Source of the DNA: Bdellovibrionota bacterium FG-2
GTDB taxonomy: Bacteria; Bdellovibrionota; UBA1018
Assembly (NCBI GenBank): GCA_051382305.1
Contig: JBBCAV010000112.1
Span: 1-16,955, forward strand
Length of the DNA: 16,955 bases
Direction of reading: 5' to 3'
The notes below the pieces were generated by a model. That model was not told the origin of the DNA, made no database searches, and was given only the letters and a program-made list of their open reading frames with translations. A program made the position numbers and the translations under genes. Below, piece by piece: positions 1 to 7,416 of this stretch. How positions within the stretch are numbered: the stretch's first letter is position 1; each line of letters starts with the position of its first letter.

Positions 1-138
1 ATATATCGAGGAGCAGAAACCGGAGCCGCCAGACGATCATTTTAAGGTGGTATGAGATTTACAGTCGGCCAGCAGGCCGACGAGTATCCGGCTTTAGCCG
101 TTCAGCGAAGCCTTCGCCTTAAGGCGAAGGTAATTTAC
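1..138 (+). mobile_element. Right portion of an IS200/IS605-family insertion sequence (tnpA end + right end, no tnpB in between)
   Basis: Subterminal perfect palindrome CCTTCGCCTTAAGGCGAAGG (111-130), preceded by GAAG (107-110) and followed by TAATTTAC ending at 138. Extra hairpins GTCGGCC-agca-GGCCGAC (64-81) and CGGCT-tt-AGCCG (89-100). No terminal inverted repeat is expected in this family. Confidence 0.65.
2..55 (+). CDS. tnpA: C-terminal fragment of a probable IS200/IS605-family Y1 (HUH) transposase, 5'-truncated by the window edge
   Basis: My translation of frame 2 is YIEEQKPEPPDDHFKVV*. YIxxQ matches the catalytic-Tyr motif of IS200/IS605 TnpA, and hairpins typical of an IS200/IS605 end follow. 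Only 17 aa are visible. Confidence 0.65.
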   Translation, partial: YIEEQKPEPPDDHFKVV

Positions 139-439
139 TCGTTTTTTGTCCAACAGAAGTAAGGAGGTTATTTTTGAAATTCCTCCTTCGTTTCGTTTCT
201 CAGCTAATTGGGAAAAAGCAGTCAATTCCGCTATCGCGATCGGCGCAAATCTCACTGTGACGGGATCTTCCCGCCCCTATTTTTTATTTGAAGAGCCGGG
301 TTCAATTATTCCGGAGTTGAGTGATTCAAATTCTCAACCTCAGATCACCGGGATGGCATTTTTAAGAGCGAAATTATAGACGTTTCCTGTCTGTGGCGCG
401 ATGCGGCTCCCAAAAAATGAAGCCAAATCCAATAAATGC

Positions 440-448
440 TGCTATACT
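440..448 (+). promoter_or_regulatory. Putative extended -10 promoter element (TGcTATACT) for the SNF2 gene
   Basis: TG-n-TATACT about 40 nt upstream of ATG 490; no clear -35. Confidence 0.45.
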
Positions 449-489
449 GTTTCTCTCATTAACCTTTTTTGGAGCAGCTTACCTTGGCC

Positions 490-3090
490 ATGCTGTTTTA
501 TAATCAAATTCGTCGCGAATTCTCGCTCTTAAGTTGGCAGCGCGGGCAGATGTATTTTCGTGAGGGCTGCGTGAGCGAAGTGAAGCTCCTTGAAGCACAT
601 CAAGTTGCCGGGCGGCTGACGATTCCTCGTGCAGAGCTGGAATCAGGCGAGGAGCATCAGGCAGGTTTGACGATGCTGCGGGGGGGGATCTCTTCTTCGT
701 CGTGTAGCTGCGATCGCCATAATCAAGAGCAGAAGCATTGTAAACATGTAGCGGCCCTAGCGATTTGGGTTGTGGAGCGAGGCAGTCTTTTGCGTCTGGG
801 CTTGGGTGGCTCTGATCATGGGATTGCGGATGTAAGAAAAACGCCAAAGAAACTCGAGAAAATTAACACGGTTTCAGCACTCGGAGTGGCCTATGTCCGT
901 GGTCTTTTTCAAAATAAAGCTTTTGTATCGCTGACCGTCGAACCTGCTTTGAAGTTTGCCGATCCTAAAACAAGAAAAGTTCGAGTGGAGCCGCTTTCAT
1001 CCCTGACTAAGCAGTCCCAAACCGCGACGTGGAAGACGAGCGATAACTGTTATCTCCATGTTCAGCATGATTTTATTCCTGTGCTGCAGAGTCTGACGGC
1101 CGCGAAATCGACGTACCAAGGGCCGGCGTCCTTAGAGAACTTGGCGAAACTTAAAGGCGAGGCTCGGCAGGATCTCATGGTTTATCATGAGAATGTCACA
1201 GTCGAAATGGACCCCGTCCCGTTAAAACTTATTTCGCTTCATGTGGGCGAGCGCACGGGCAAGAATCGCGTCCTGAGCTATGAGTTTAAGAATCAGCGTG
1301 TGCGTCTTACTTCGGTTGAATTAACAGAGCTCTCAAAACGAGGCCGCCTGAGCAATCACTATGTGTGGCAAGGCGACGCCGTTTATCGTTTTCAGATATC
1401 CATGTCACGTCTGGCTCAATTGGTGAATCGGAGTGGACTTACTCAAGAAGAAGATTGGGGAGAAGGGTCGGATTCGGCTCCAGATGGTTTTGGAAATCTC
1501 TCTGATGAGGCGACAACGCCTCTGCATCCTCTTTCGGTTTATCGCCTCAGTCTTGAGCTTGGCGTGGATGGGTTTACGGTTGATTCGGGCTGGGATGAGT
1601 TTCATGAATGGAAAAAAACATTTGAGCGAAAGAAGATTCCCGTTCTTCCGAATGTCGAATTTGGATTTGATTTGCGGGAGTATCAGAAGAATGGTTTGAG
1701 TTGGATTTGGAGTCTCCATCATCGAGGTCTTGCCGCGCTTCTGGCTGATGATATGGGCTTGGGAAAAACGCATCAAGTGCTTGCTTACTTGCGCAGTCTC
1801 TACGGTGGCAATAGCCGGGCGTTGTCCACTGTGGGGCCAACCTTGGTAGTGGCGCCCACCTCGGTGGTATCGGCGTGGGTGCAGAAACTTGAAAAATATC
1901 CAACGGGTCTTAGGTGGCATGTGTTTCATGGCAAGGGACGCGTGTTTCCCGATTCTAAGGTCCATCTGGTGTTAACGACTTATGGCATTCTTCAGCGCGA
2001 AGAAGTGCTTCGGACGCATGAGTGGGGTGTGGTGGTCTTGGATGAGGCGCAAGCAATCAAGAATGCCATTACAATTTCTTCGCGCGTTTCACGGGTTCTA
2101 AAAAGCCGTTTTCGGATTGCGATGACTGGGACGCCGGTGGAAAATTATTCGACTGACCTTTGGTCAATTATGGAGTTTCTGTTGCCGGGGTATTTAGGCT
2201 CTCTGCCGCGTTTCAAGCGCCTGTATGGCTCTGGACGCGAGCGACCCTCGCTCGATCAGACTCAGACTTTGCGAAGACTTGTATCGCCCTTCTTGTTGCG
2301 ACGAACGAAAGATCAGGTTCTTAAGGAACTCCCCGTGAAGACCGAGGAAATGGTCTATTGTGAAATGACAGTCCCTCAGAAGAAGATGTACCAAGCTTAT
2401 CTGAATAGTGCCGAAGCTGAAAAGATTCGAGAAAATCTCGAGCGCTCCGGAAAAGTCGATTACGTCAATGTGCTCGCGCTTCTCACACGGTTAAAGCAAG
2501 TGTGCGATCATCCCCGGCTTCCTGAGATCTCCTCAGGAAAAATCAAGAAACTTCACGGCGTCAATCCCGAGGATTCTGGCAAATGGGCCGCTTTTGAAGA
2601 GTTAATTCACGAAGCCATTGGTTCGAACCTGAAAGTTGTTGTTTTCACCCAGTATCTGGGCGTGATGGATTTGATTGGTCGTTTTCTCAAAATCAATGGC
2701 ATTGGATTTACGGATTTGAGGGGGGATACCTCAGATCGAGCAGGACGCCTCAAGCGTTTTGAGGAAGACCCAGAGTGCAAGGTCTTCGTCTGTAGTCTAC
2801 TTGCCGGCGGTTTGGGGATTGATCTGACGGCCGCGAGTGTCTGTATTCATTTTGATCGCTGGTGGAATCCTGCTCGCGAAAGTCAAGCCACTGATCGACT
2901 TCATCGTATTGGTCAAACACGAGGGGTTCAAGTGTTTCGCCTTCAAATAAAAGAAACCGTTGAGGATCGGATCGCAAGAATCATTGAATTCAAAAAAGCG
3001 CTTTCTGATGCTTTGATTGAAGAGTCACCAGTGGGGCTCAAAGCCTTCTCACGTAAAGAACTCTTAGAGCTTTTGAGTGCCTTCCGATAG
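490..3090 (+). CDS. SWIM zinc-finger SNF2-family (SF2) helicase/ATPase
   Basis: SWIM motif CSC-x9-CKH; motif I LADDMGLGKT, Ia VVAPTSV, II DEAQ, III TGTPVEN, V SLLAGGLGIDLT, VI QATDRLHRIGQ. ATG 490 is preferred over TTG 469, but the start is uncertain. Confidence 0.93.
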   Translation: MLFYNQIRREFSLLSWQRGQMYFREGCVSEVKLLEAHQVAGRLTIPRAELESGEEHQAGLTMLRGGISSSSCSCDRHNQEQKHCKHVAALAIWVVERGSLLRLGLGGSDHGIADVRKTPKKLEKINTVSALGVAYVRGLFQNKAFVSLTVEPALKFADPKTRKVRVEPLSSLTKQSQTATWKTSDNCYLHVQHDFIPVLQSLTAAKSTYQGPASLENLAKLKGEARQDLMVYHENVTVEMDPVPLKLISLHVGERTGKNRVLSYEFKNQRVRLTSVELTELSKRGRLSNHYVWQGDAVYRFQISMSRLAQLVNRSGLTQEEDWGEGSDSAPDGFGNLSDEATTPLHPLSVYRLSLELGVDGFTVDSGWDEFHEWKKTFERKKIPVLPNVEFGFDLREYQKNGLSWIWSLHHRGLAALLADDMGLGKTHQVLAYLRSLYGGNSRALSTVGPTLVVAPTSVVSAWVQKLEKYPTGLRWHVFHGKGRVFPDSKVHLVLTTYGILQREEVLRTHEWGVVVLDEAQAIKNAITISSRVSRVLKSRFRIAMTGTPVENYSTDLWSIMEFLLPGYLGSLPRFKRLYGSGRERPSLDQTQTLRRLVSPFLLRRTKDQVLKELPVKTEEMVYCEMTVPQKKMYQAYLNSAEAEKIRENLERSGKVDYVNVLALLTRLKQVCDHPRLPEISSGKIKKLHGVNPEDSGKWAAFEELIHEAIGSNLKVVVFTQYLGVMDLIGRFLKINGIGFTDLRGDTSDRAGRLKRFEEDPECKVFVCSLLAGGLGIDLTAASVCIHFDRWWNPARESQATDRLHRIGQTRGVQVFRLQIKETVEDRIARIIEFKKALSDALIEESPVGLKAFSRKELLELLSAFR

Positions 3091-4452
3091 TTTTCGCGCA
3101 AAGATATCTTTAAGTGCCCGTATGGATTGCAGCTCAAACCACCCGCGATGAAGGGTTTCGATGCGTTGAATGGCTTCGCTTGCTGAAAGGCCAGGACCTT
3201 GCGCTCCCGCAATGGCGTAGTTACAGAAGACGTTGGCCAGTCCTACGATCTTTGCCAGTGGGTGGATATGGTGCCGGTCCAAACGCGAGGGGGTTCCGAT
3301 CCCCAGACAGTTTTCATGATGCTGCAGGACGATTTGAAGAATATCATCCGTTATCGAGGGAATTTGGGAGAGAAGTTCCATTCCTCGGATGGGGTGAGTC
3401 TCCAGCAGTTTCTCCTCTGCAAGACTTAGTTTTTCGCGGGGTTTGTTGAGAATATCGCGATCAATCTCTTTTTTGCCGATGTCATGAAGGAGCCCGCCTA
3501 CCGAGAGCTTAAAAGCAGTCGGTGCCGACACCCATTCGATTTTTCGCGCAATCATAACGGAATACATGCTTACTCCGAGGCAGTGGGCATAGAGTGCATC
3601 AGAGTGGGTGTTGAGAAGCTCTAAGAGGCGAAAAACGCCGGGGTCATCGGCCAGTACGTCGAGGCTCGCTTCTAAGAAAGTCTGGGCGTTGGTGTAAGCC
3701 TCGGGGTCCACTCCTTTGGGTCCACGCTGGGAAAAGACGTTCTCTATGACGACTTCGCTGGCGTGTTTTATGAGTGTGCGTTTTTTTTCCATCGAAATCT
3801 GCGACGAATTGCGGACCGCTTGGGTGATCTTGAGATTGATTTCTACGAATTTCTTAAAATCCTCCCGTTTTAGGTAGAGAAATCGTACACCTCTGCTTTG
3901 ATAGTTGAAGATGCGCTCTTGCGTGAGGTCTTGCGCTTTTTCTGAAAGTTTTACGTAATTTAGCTGCGAGAGCCTGGCGTAAACGCCGAAGGGGATGCTG
4001 CGCTGGGCGGCAAATTCCTTGATGCTTAGTTTGCAGAATTTTCCATCAAGATTGGGATCGATTAATTTTTCGCCTGTTTTGGCTCCTTGAATCCCGAGTT
4101 CAAACTTCATAAAGCTTAAGAGGTCGGGCACAGCAAAGGGCTTTGAAAAAAAACCATCAGCACCCAGCTCTAGGAGTCGTTGCGCGGAATCTTTAAAGCC
4201 TGAGGAAGTAATGAGAATTACCTTGGCGCGTGAGTTTGATTTCACCCACTTTAGTAGCTCGAGTCCACTGGCTCGGGGCGTTCGAATTTCAGAGATAATG
4301 AGGTCGAAGGTTTGAACCTGTAAAAAAGTGAGTGCAGCCTTTCCGTCGGGGGCCGCGGTGACTTTGAAACCCACAGCAGAGAGAGATGCCGCAAGCGCAG
4401 TGCGGTAATGGTCTTCAACTTCAACCAGAAGGATCTTAGTTTCGCTCGTCAC
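3064..4452 (-). CDS. Response-regulator receiver + HD-GYP domain protein (both domains degenerate)
   Basis: N-terminal REC fold (KILLVE, DLIISEIRTP, LITS, KPF); C-terminal HD-GYP motifs YAHCLGV, LLHDIGK, HPIRG, QHHE, GIGTP. GTG start. Overlaps the SNF2 3' end by 27 nt. Confidence 0.9.
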   Translation of the reverse strand: MTSETKILLVEVEDHYRTALAASLSAVGFKVTAAPDGKAALTFLQVQTFDLIISEIRTPRASGLELLKWVKSNSRAKVILITSSGFKDSAQRLLELGADGFFSKPFAVPDLLSFMKFELGIQGAKTGEKLIDPNLDGKFCKLSIKEFAAQRSIPFGVYARLSQLNYVKLSEKAQDLTQERIFNYQSRGVRFLYLKREDFKKFVEINLKITQAVRNSSQISMEKKRTLIKHASEVVIENVFSQRGPKGVDPEAYTNAQTFLEASLDVLADDPGVFRLLELLNTHSDALYAHCLGVSMYSVMIARKIEWVSAPTAFKLSVGGLLHDIGKKEIDRDILNKPREKLSLAEEKLLETHPIRGMELLSQIPSITDDILQIVLQHHENCLGIGTPSRLDRHHIHPLAKIVGLANVFCNYAIAGAQGPGLSASEAIQRIETLHRGWFELQSIRALKDIFARKLSEGTQKL

Positions 4453-4500
4453 GGAAGTATCCTATAGTTTGAGGGAGCTTTAGCAAAGGGGGATTTGAGA

Positions 4501-5304
4501 ATGAAACTCGGGATCTTAGGGTTGGGCAAGATGGGTGAGGCGGTGGTGGAAGGTTTGCGTCGATCAGAGGATTCAGCGCATTTTAAGATTGAAGGTTCGA
4601 CCCGCTCATTGGAGTCTGCGCAGGAAGCTGAAAAGAGTCTTCATATTCCTTGTTATACGGACAATCGTAAACTCGCTGGGTCTGTAGACGTGCTCGTGCT
4701 ATCTGTGAAGCCCCATCAAGCAGAGGCGGTTCTGCGGCAAATTGCAAAGAAACTTACCGCGAAACAAACTCTGATTTCGATTTGTGCTTCGATCACTACG
4801 GAGCAGCTCTCAAAGTGGTCTGGCGGGAAAGCGGCGGTGATTCGTGCCATGCCTAACACACCTTGTCTCATCGGTGAGGGGATGACGGTCTTTTGTCCGG
4901 GCCCTGGGGCGACGAAAGCCCATACAGAGATCGCAGAGCGAATCTTCAGCAAAGTGGGAAAAACGGCAGTCGTAGAAGAGTCTTTGATGGATGGAGTAAC
5001 GGGCTTAAGTGGTTGCGGTCCCGCCTATATTTACTTGGTGATTGAGGCGTTGAGTGAAGCGGGCGTGAAAGTGGGGCTCCCGCGAAAGACGGCAACCTTG
5101 CTTGCTGCTCAAACGCTCTTAGGGGCGGCCAAAATGGTGCTTGAGCGCGGCGAGCATCCTGCCTATTTGAAGGATGAGGTCACGACTCCCGCTGGCTGTA
5201 CCATTGACGGACTCATGGCGCTTGAAGAAGGTAAGCTGCGCGTGACTCTGATCAAAGCGGTGCTTGCTGCGGCAAAACGAAGCAAGTCGTTGCGGGGGGC
5301 TTAA
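4501..5304 (+). CDS. proC: Pyrroline-5-carboxylate reductase
   Basis: Rossmann GILGLGKMG, SVKP, RAMPNTP, GLSGCGPAY, VTTPAGCTIDGL. Purine-rich RBS (AAAGGGGG) upstream of ATG 4501. Confidence 0.97.
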   Translation: MKLGILGLGKMGEAVVEGLRRSEDSAHFKIEGSTRSLESAQEAEKSLHIPCYTDNRKLAGSVDVLVLSVKPHQAEAVLRQIAKKLTAKQTLISICASITTEQLSKWSGGKAAVIRAMPNTPCLIGEGMTVFCPGPGATKAHTEIAERIFSKVGKTAVVEESLMDGVTGLSGCGPAYIYLVIEALSEAGVKVGLPRKTATLLAAQTLLGAAKMVLERGEHPAYLKDEVTTPAGCTIDGLMALEEGKLRVTLIKAVLAAAKRSKSLRGA

Positions 5305-5310
5305 GAATTT

Positions 5311-6255
5311 ATGAGCGTTTCTGACGGCACAGGAATTCAGGTCTGGAATCGACAGACCCAACAGCTTGAGCGCGAGCAAGTATTGGGGGAGAAGTGGTTG
5401 TCGCGTGCCTACGGTTCGCGCCTGGGTCGTTTCGTTTCAAATTATATTTTGGCCAAGCCTTGGGTCAGTCGTTGCGCGGGAATTTACAACGATACTCCTT
5501 ACAGCGCGCGAAAAATTTCAGAGTTTATTAGAGAGTATAGAATCAAAATGGAAGAGTATGAGCCCAATTTAGCTTGGCGCTCATTCAATGAGTTTTTTAT
5601 TCGTAAATTTAGGACAGGTGCTCGAACCTTTTGTTCTCTACCCTCGGAGATGCCTGCATTTTGCGAGGCACGGTATTTTGGCTTTGAATCCGTGGCGGAA
5701 CTCTCTCAAAAGGATGTCCGTGTTAAAGGCGTTCGCTTGCGCGCTGAGAAGCTCTTGGGAGATGTTGGGCTTGGCGGATCGTTTGAAAATGGGCCGCTCC
5801 TGATCGCGCGGCTTTGTCCCACGGATTATCATCGTTTCCATTTTCCGGATGATGGGACGCTCGAAAAATCTTTTCCTGTTCGGGGGCCCTATCACTCTGT
5901 GAATCCGGTTGCGCTCATCGCAATGCCCGGAATTTTGGCTGAAAATGAACGATATGTGTCAGTCCTTCAAACTCGAAACTTTGGTAAGCTTGCCTATGTC
6001 GAGGTTGGAGCGATGTGTGTCGGACGCATCGTTCAAACCTATTCGCAAACCTCTCCCGACGGAACCATGGGCCCCCCTTCTTTCAAAAGAGGGGATGAAA
6101 AGGGTTATTTCCTCTTTGGCGCCTCCACCGTGATTGTCCTTGGGGAGCAAGGTCGTTGGGTTCCGTCGGCAGATATTCTAGAGCAGACGCGTCGGGCTCA
6201 CGAAACGTTTGTCCGTTTGGGAGAGCCGGTCGCTCAAGCTAGGCCGCTTTTTTAG
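5311..6255 (+). CDS. psd: Phosphatidylserine decarboxylase proenzyme (type II / Psd2-like)
   Basis: FNEFFIRK, RLCPTDYHRFHFP, HSVNP, EVGAMCVGRI and GYFLFGAST (self-cleavage Ser). 6 nt after the proC stop. Confidence 0.93.
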   Translation: MSVSDGTGIQVWNRQTQQLEREQVLGEKWLSRAYGSRLGRFVSNYILAKPWVSRCAGIYNDTPYSARKISEFIREYRIKMEEYEPNLAWRSFNEFFIRKFRTGARTFCSLPSEMPAFCEARYFGFESVAELSQKDVRVKGVRLRAEKLLGDVGLGGSFENGPLLIARLCPTDYHRFHFPDDGTLEKSFPVRGPYHSVNPVALIAMPGILAENERYVSVLQTRNFGKLAYVEVGAMCVGRIVQTYSQTSPDGTMGPPSFKRGDEKGYFLFGASTVIVLGEQGRWVPSADILEQTRRAHETFVRLGEPVAQARPLF

Positions 6256-6856
6256 TTTCTTTGGATTCTCTAGCAGCTTCTTTAGTTTCCGCAGATTCCT
6301 CAGCCCTGATGAGGGGGCCGGTTTTATCATCGATACTAGGCGTTTCGGCGAGTGCGCGGGTTGAGCTTTCATAGAGATTCCCCACGAGCGCGCCAAAGAT
6401 GAGATGGCACACAAAGTAGGACCCAAAACTATTGCCGCCCAGATTGAGCGCAAAAAATCCAGGGTCTGCAATCTGGGTGGGAATCATCGGATGCTGCCCC
6501 GAAAACACGCCCATCGCAACGCCCACAGCCGCGAATTGAATTGCGCCGAGAAGTATGCCCATAAATGTGCTCGAACGCCCGAGAGCGCGAAAAACCACGC
6601 CGTAAAGAATTGCGACGACGCCACTGAAGAGCATATGGGTAAAGAGACCCAAGACCCAGGTTCCAGGGCCCGTGTCACGAGTCAGAAGACTACCGAAGAT
6701 CAGCTCCACGTTAAGAGTTGAGAGTCCGAAGGCGCGCGCAATTGCCATAGAGAGAATCATGATTAGCCCGCCCGTCATGCCGGCTAGGAAAGCGATCGAG
6801 TTGGGGTTGGGGTTGTCATCGTATGAAGAAGAGGGGTTAGTATTAATTTCGGCCAT
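6239..6856 (-). CDS. Uncharacterised integral membrane protein, about 4 TM helices, with intramembrane His residues
   Basis: Four hydrophobic Gly-rich segments; H74 and H151 lie within helices; charged C-terminal tail; AAGGA RBS upstream. Divergent from the Rrf2 gene. Confidence 0.8.
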   Translation of the reverse strand: MAEINTNPSSSYDDNPNPNSIAFLAGMTGGLIMILSMAIARAFGLSTLNVELIFGSLLTRDTGPGTWVLGLFTHMLFSGVVAILYGVVFRALGRSSTFMGILLGAIQFAAVGVAMGVFSGQHPMIPTQIADPGFFALNLGGNSFGSYFVCHLIFGALVGNLYESSTRALAETPSIDDKTGPLIRAEESAETKEAARESKETKKAA

Positions 6857-6918
6857 AATGGAAATTCCTTTCTAACTCCTTCAAAAAGCAAGGGTTGTGC
6901 CCAGGGGTCAATAAGTGG

Positions 6919-6947
6919 TTGATTTATTGATGTACGACTGCTATTGT
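6919..6947 (+). promoter_or_regulatory. Sigma70-type promoter of the isc operon
   Basis: TTGATT (6919-6924), 17-nt spacer, TATTGT (6942-6947), with an extended -10 TG at 6939-6940. Confidence 0.6.
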
Positions 6948-6954
6948 CGTAGAT
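6930..6954. promoter_or_regulatory. Palindromic Rrf2/IscR-type operator overlapping the promoter
   Basis: ATgTACGAC-tgctatt-GTCGTAgAT, a 25-bp dyad whose GACT-N5-(T)GTC core resembles the IscR type-1 consensus ATASYYGACTRwwwYAGTCRRSTAT. Confidence 0.65.
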
Positions 6955-6972
6955 GAAGGTGCAAGATTTCAT

Positions 6973-7416
6973 ATGATTAAGTTAAATAGAACAACTGAAT
7001 ACGGGTTGATCGCGTTGCGTCACATGAGTCAAAAAGCGCTCGCCAATTCGCCTGAAATCACCAGTGCTCGCGAGATCGCGGATGCTTACGGCTTGCCGTT
7101 TGAGATCACGGCAAAAACTCTTCAACGCCTGAAGGATACGGGGCTGATTCAATCGGAGCAGGGCGCACGGGGGGGTTACACTTTGCAACGTGCACTTTCA
7201 GAGGTTTCGCTCTCTGAGTTTGTCGCTCTGATGGAAGGTCCTCAGGGAATCATGGCGTGTGCCACTTGTGAATGTCAATACGGCAGCAAGTGCGACATTC
7301 AACACATGATGCATGATTTGAATCGCCGCGTTTACACCTTTCTTTCAGGAATCAAGCTGGCGGAGCTTGGGGCATTACCCGTGCCTGAAGATTTGAAAGG
7401 AGAAATTCACTCATGA
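6973..7416 (+). CDS. Rrf2-family Fe-S cluster assembly transcriptional regulator (in the IscR position)
   Basis: Winged [35 protein letters not shown]. Cys cluster C96/C99/C101/C107. First gene of the isc operon. Confidence 0.93.
   Translation: MIKLNRTTEYGLIALRHMSQKALANSPEITSAREIADAYGLPFEITAKTLQRLKDTGLIQSEQGARGGYTLQRALSEVSLSEFVALMEGPQGIMACATCECQYGSKCDIQHMMHDLNRRVYTFLSGIKLAELGALPVPEDLKGEIHS

Noticed and set aside
111..147. Palindrome as a Rho-independent terminator
   Set aside because: The T-run starts 11 nt after the stem; the context fits an IS200/IS605 right end better, though a dual role is not excluded.
52..162. 36-aa ORF overlapping the upstream stop (ATGA), possibly frameshifting at T6 (142-147) into the 146-379 ORF
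   Set aside because: It runs across the IS end hairpins and the predicted element boundary, and the fused product resembles nothing I recognise.
146..379. 77-aa ORF from the track
   Set aside because: TTG start in a T-run with no RBS and no recognisable motif; it spans a hairpin-rich, likely non-coding region.
139..440. tmRNA, 6S RNA, tRNA, riboswitch or CRISPR array in the intergenic region
   Set aside because: No diagnostic conserved motifs and no repeat-spacer periodicity seen.
490..3090. SNF2 helicase as part of an anti-phage system (e.g. DISARM/Zorya-like), given a PLD in the window
   Set aside because: No methylase or other defence partners; stand-alone SWIM-SNF2 genes are common; the PLD is about 12 kb away, exported and ClsC-like.
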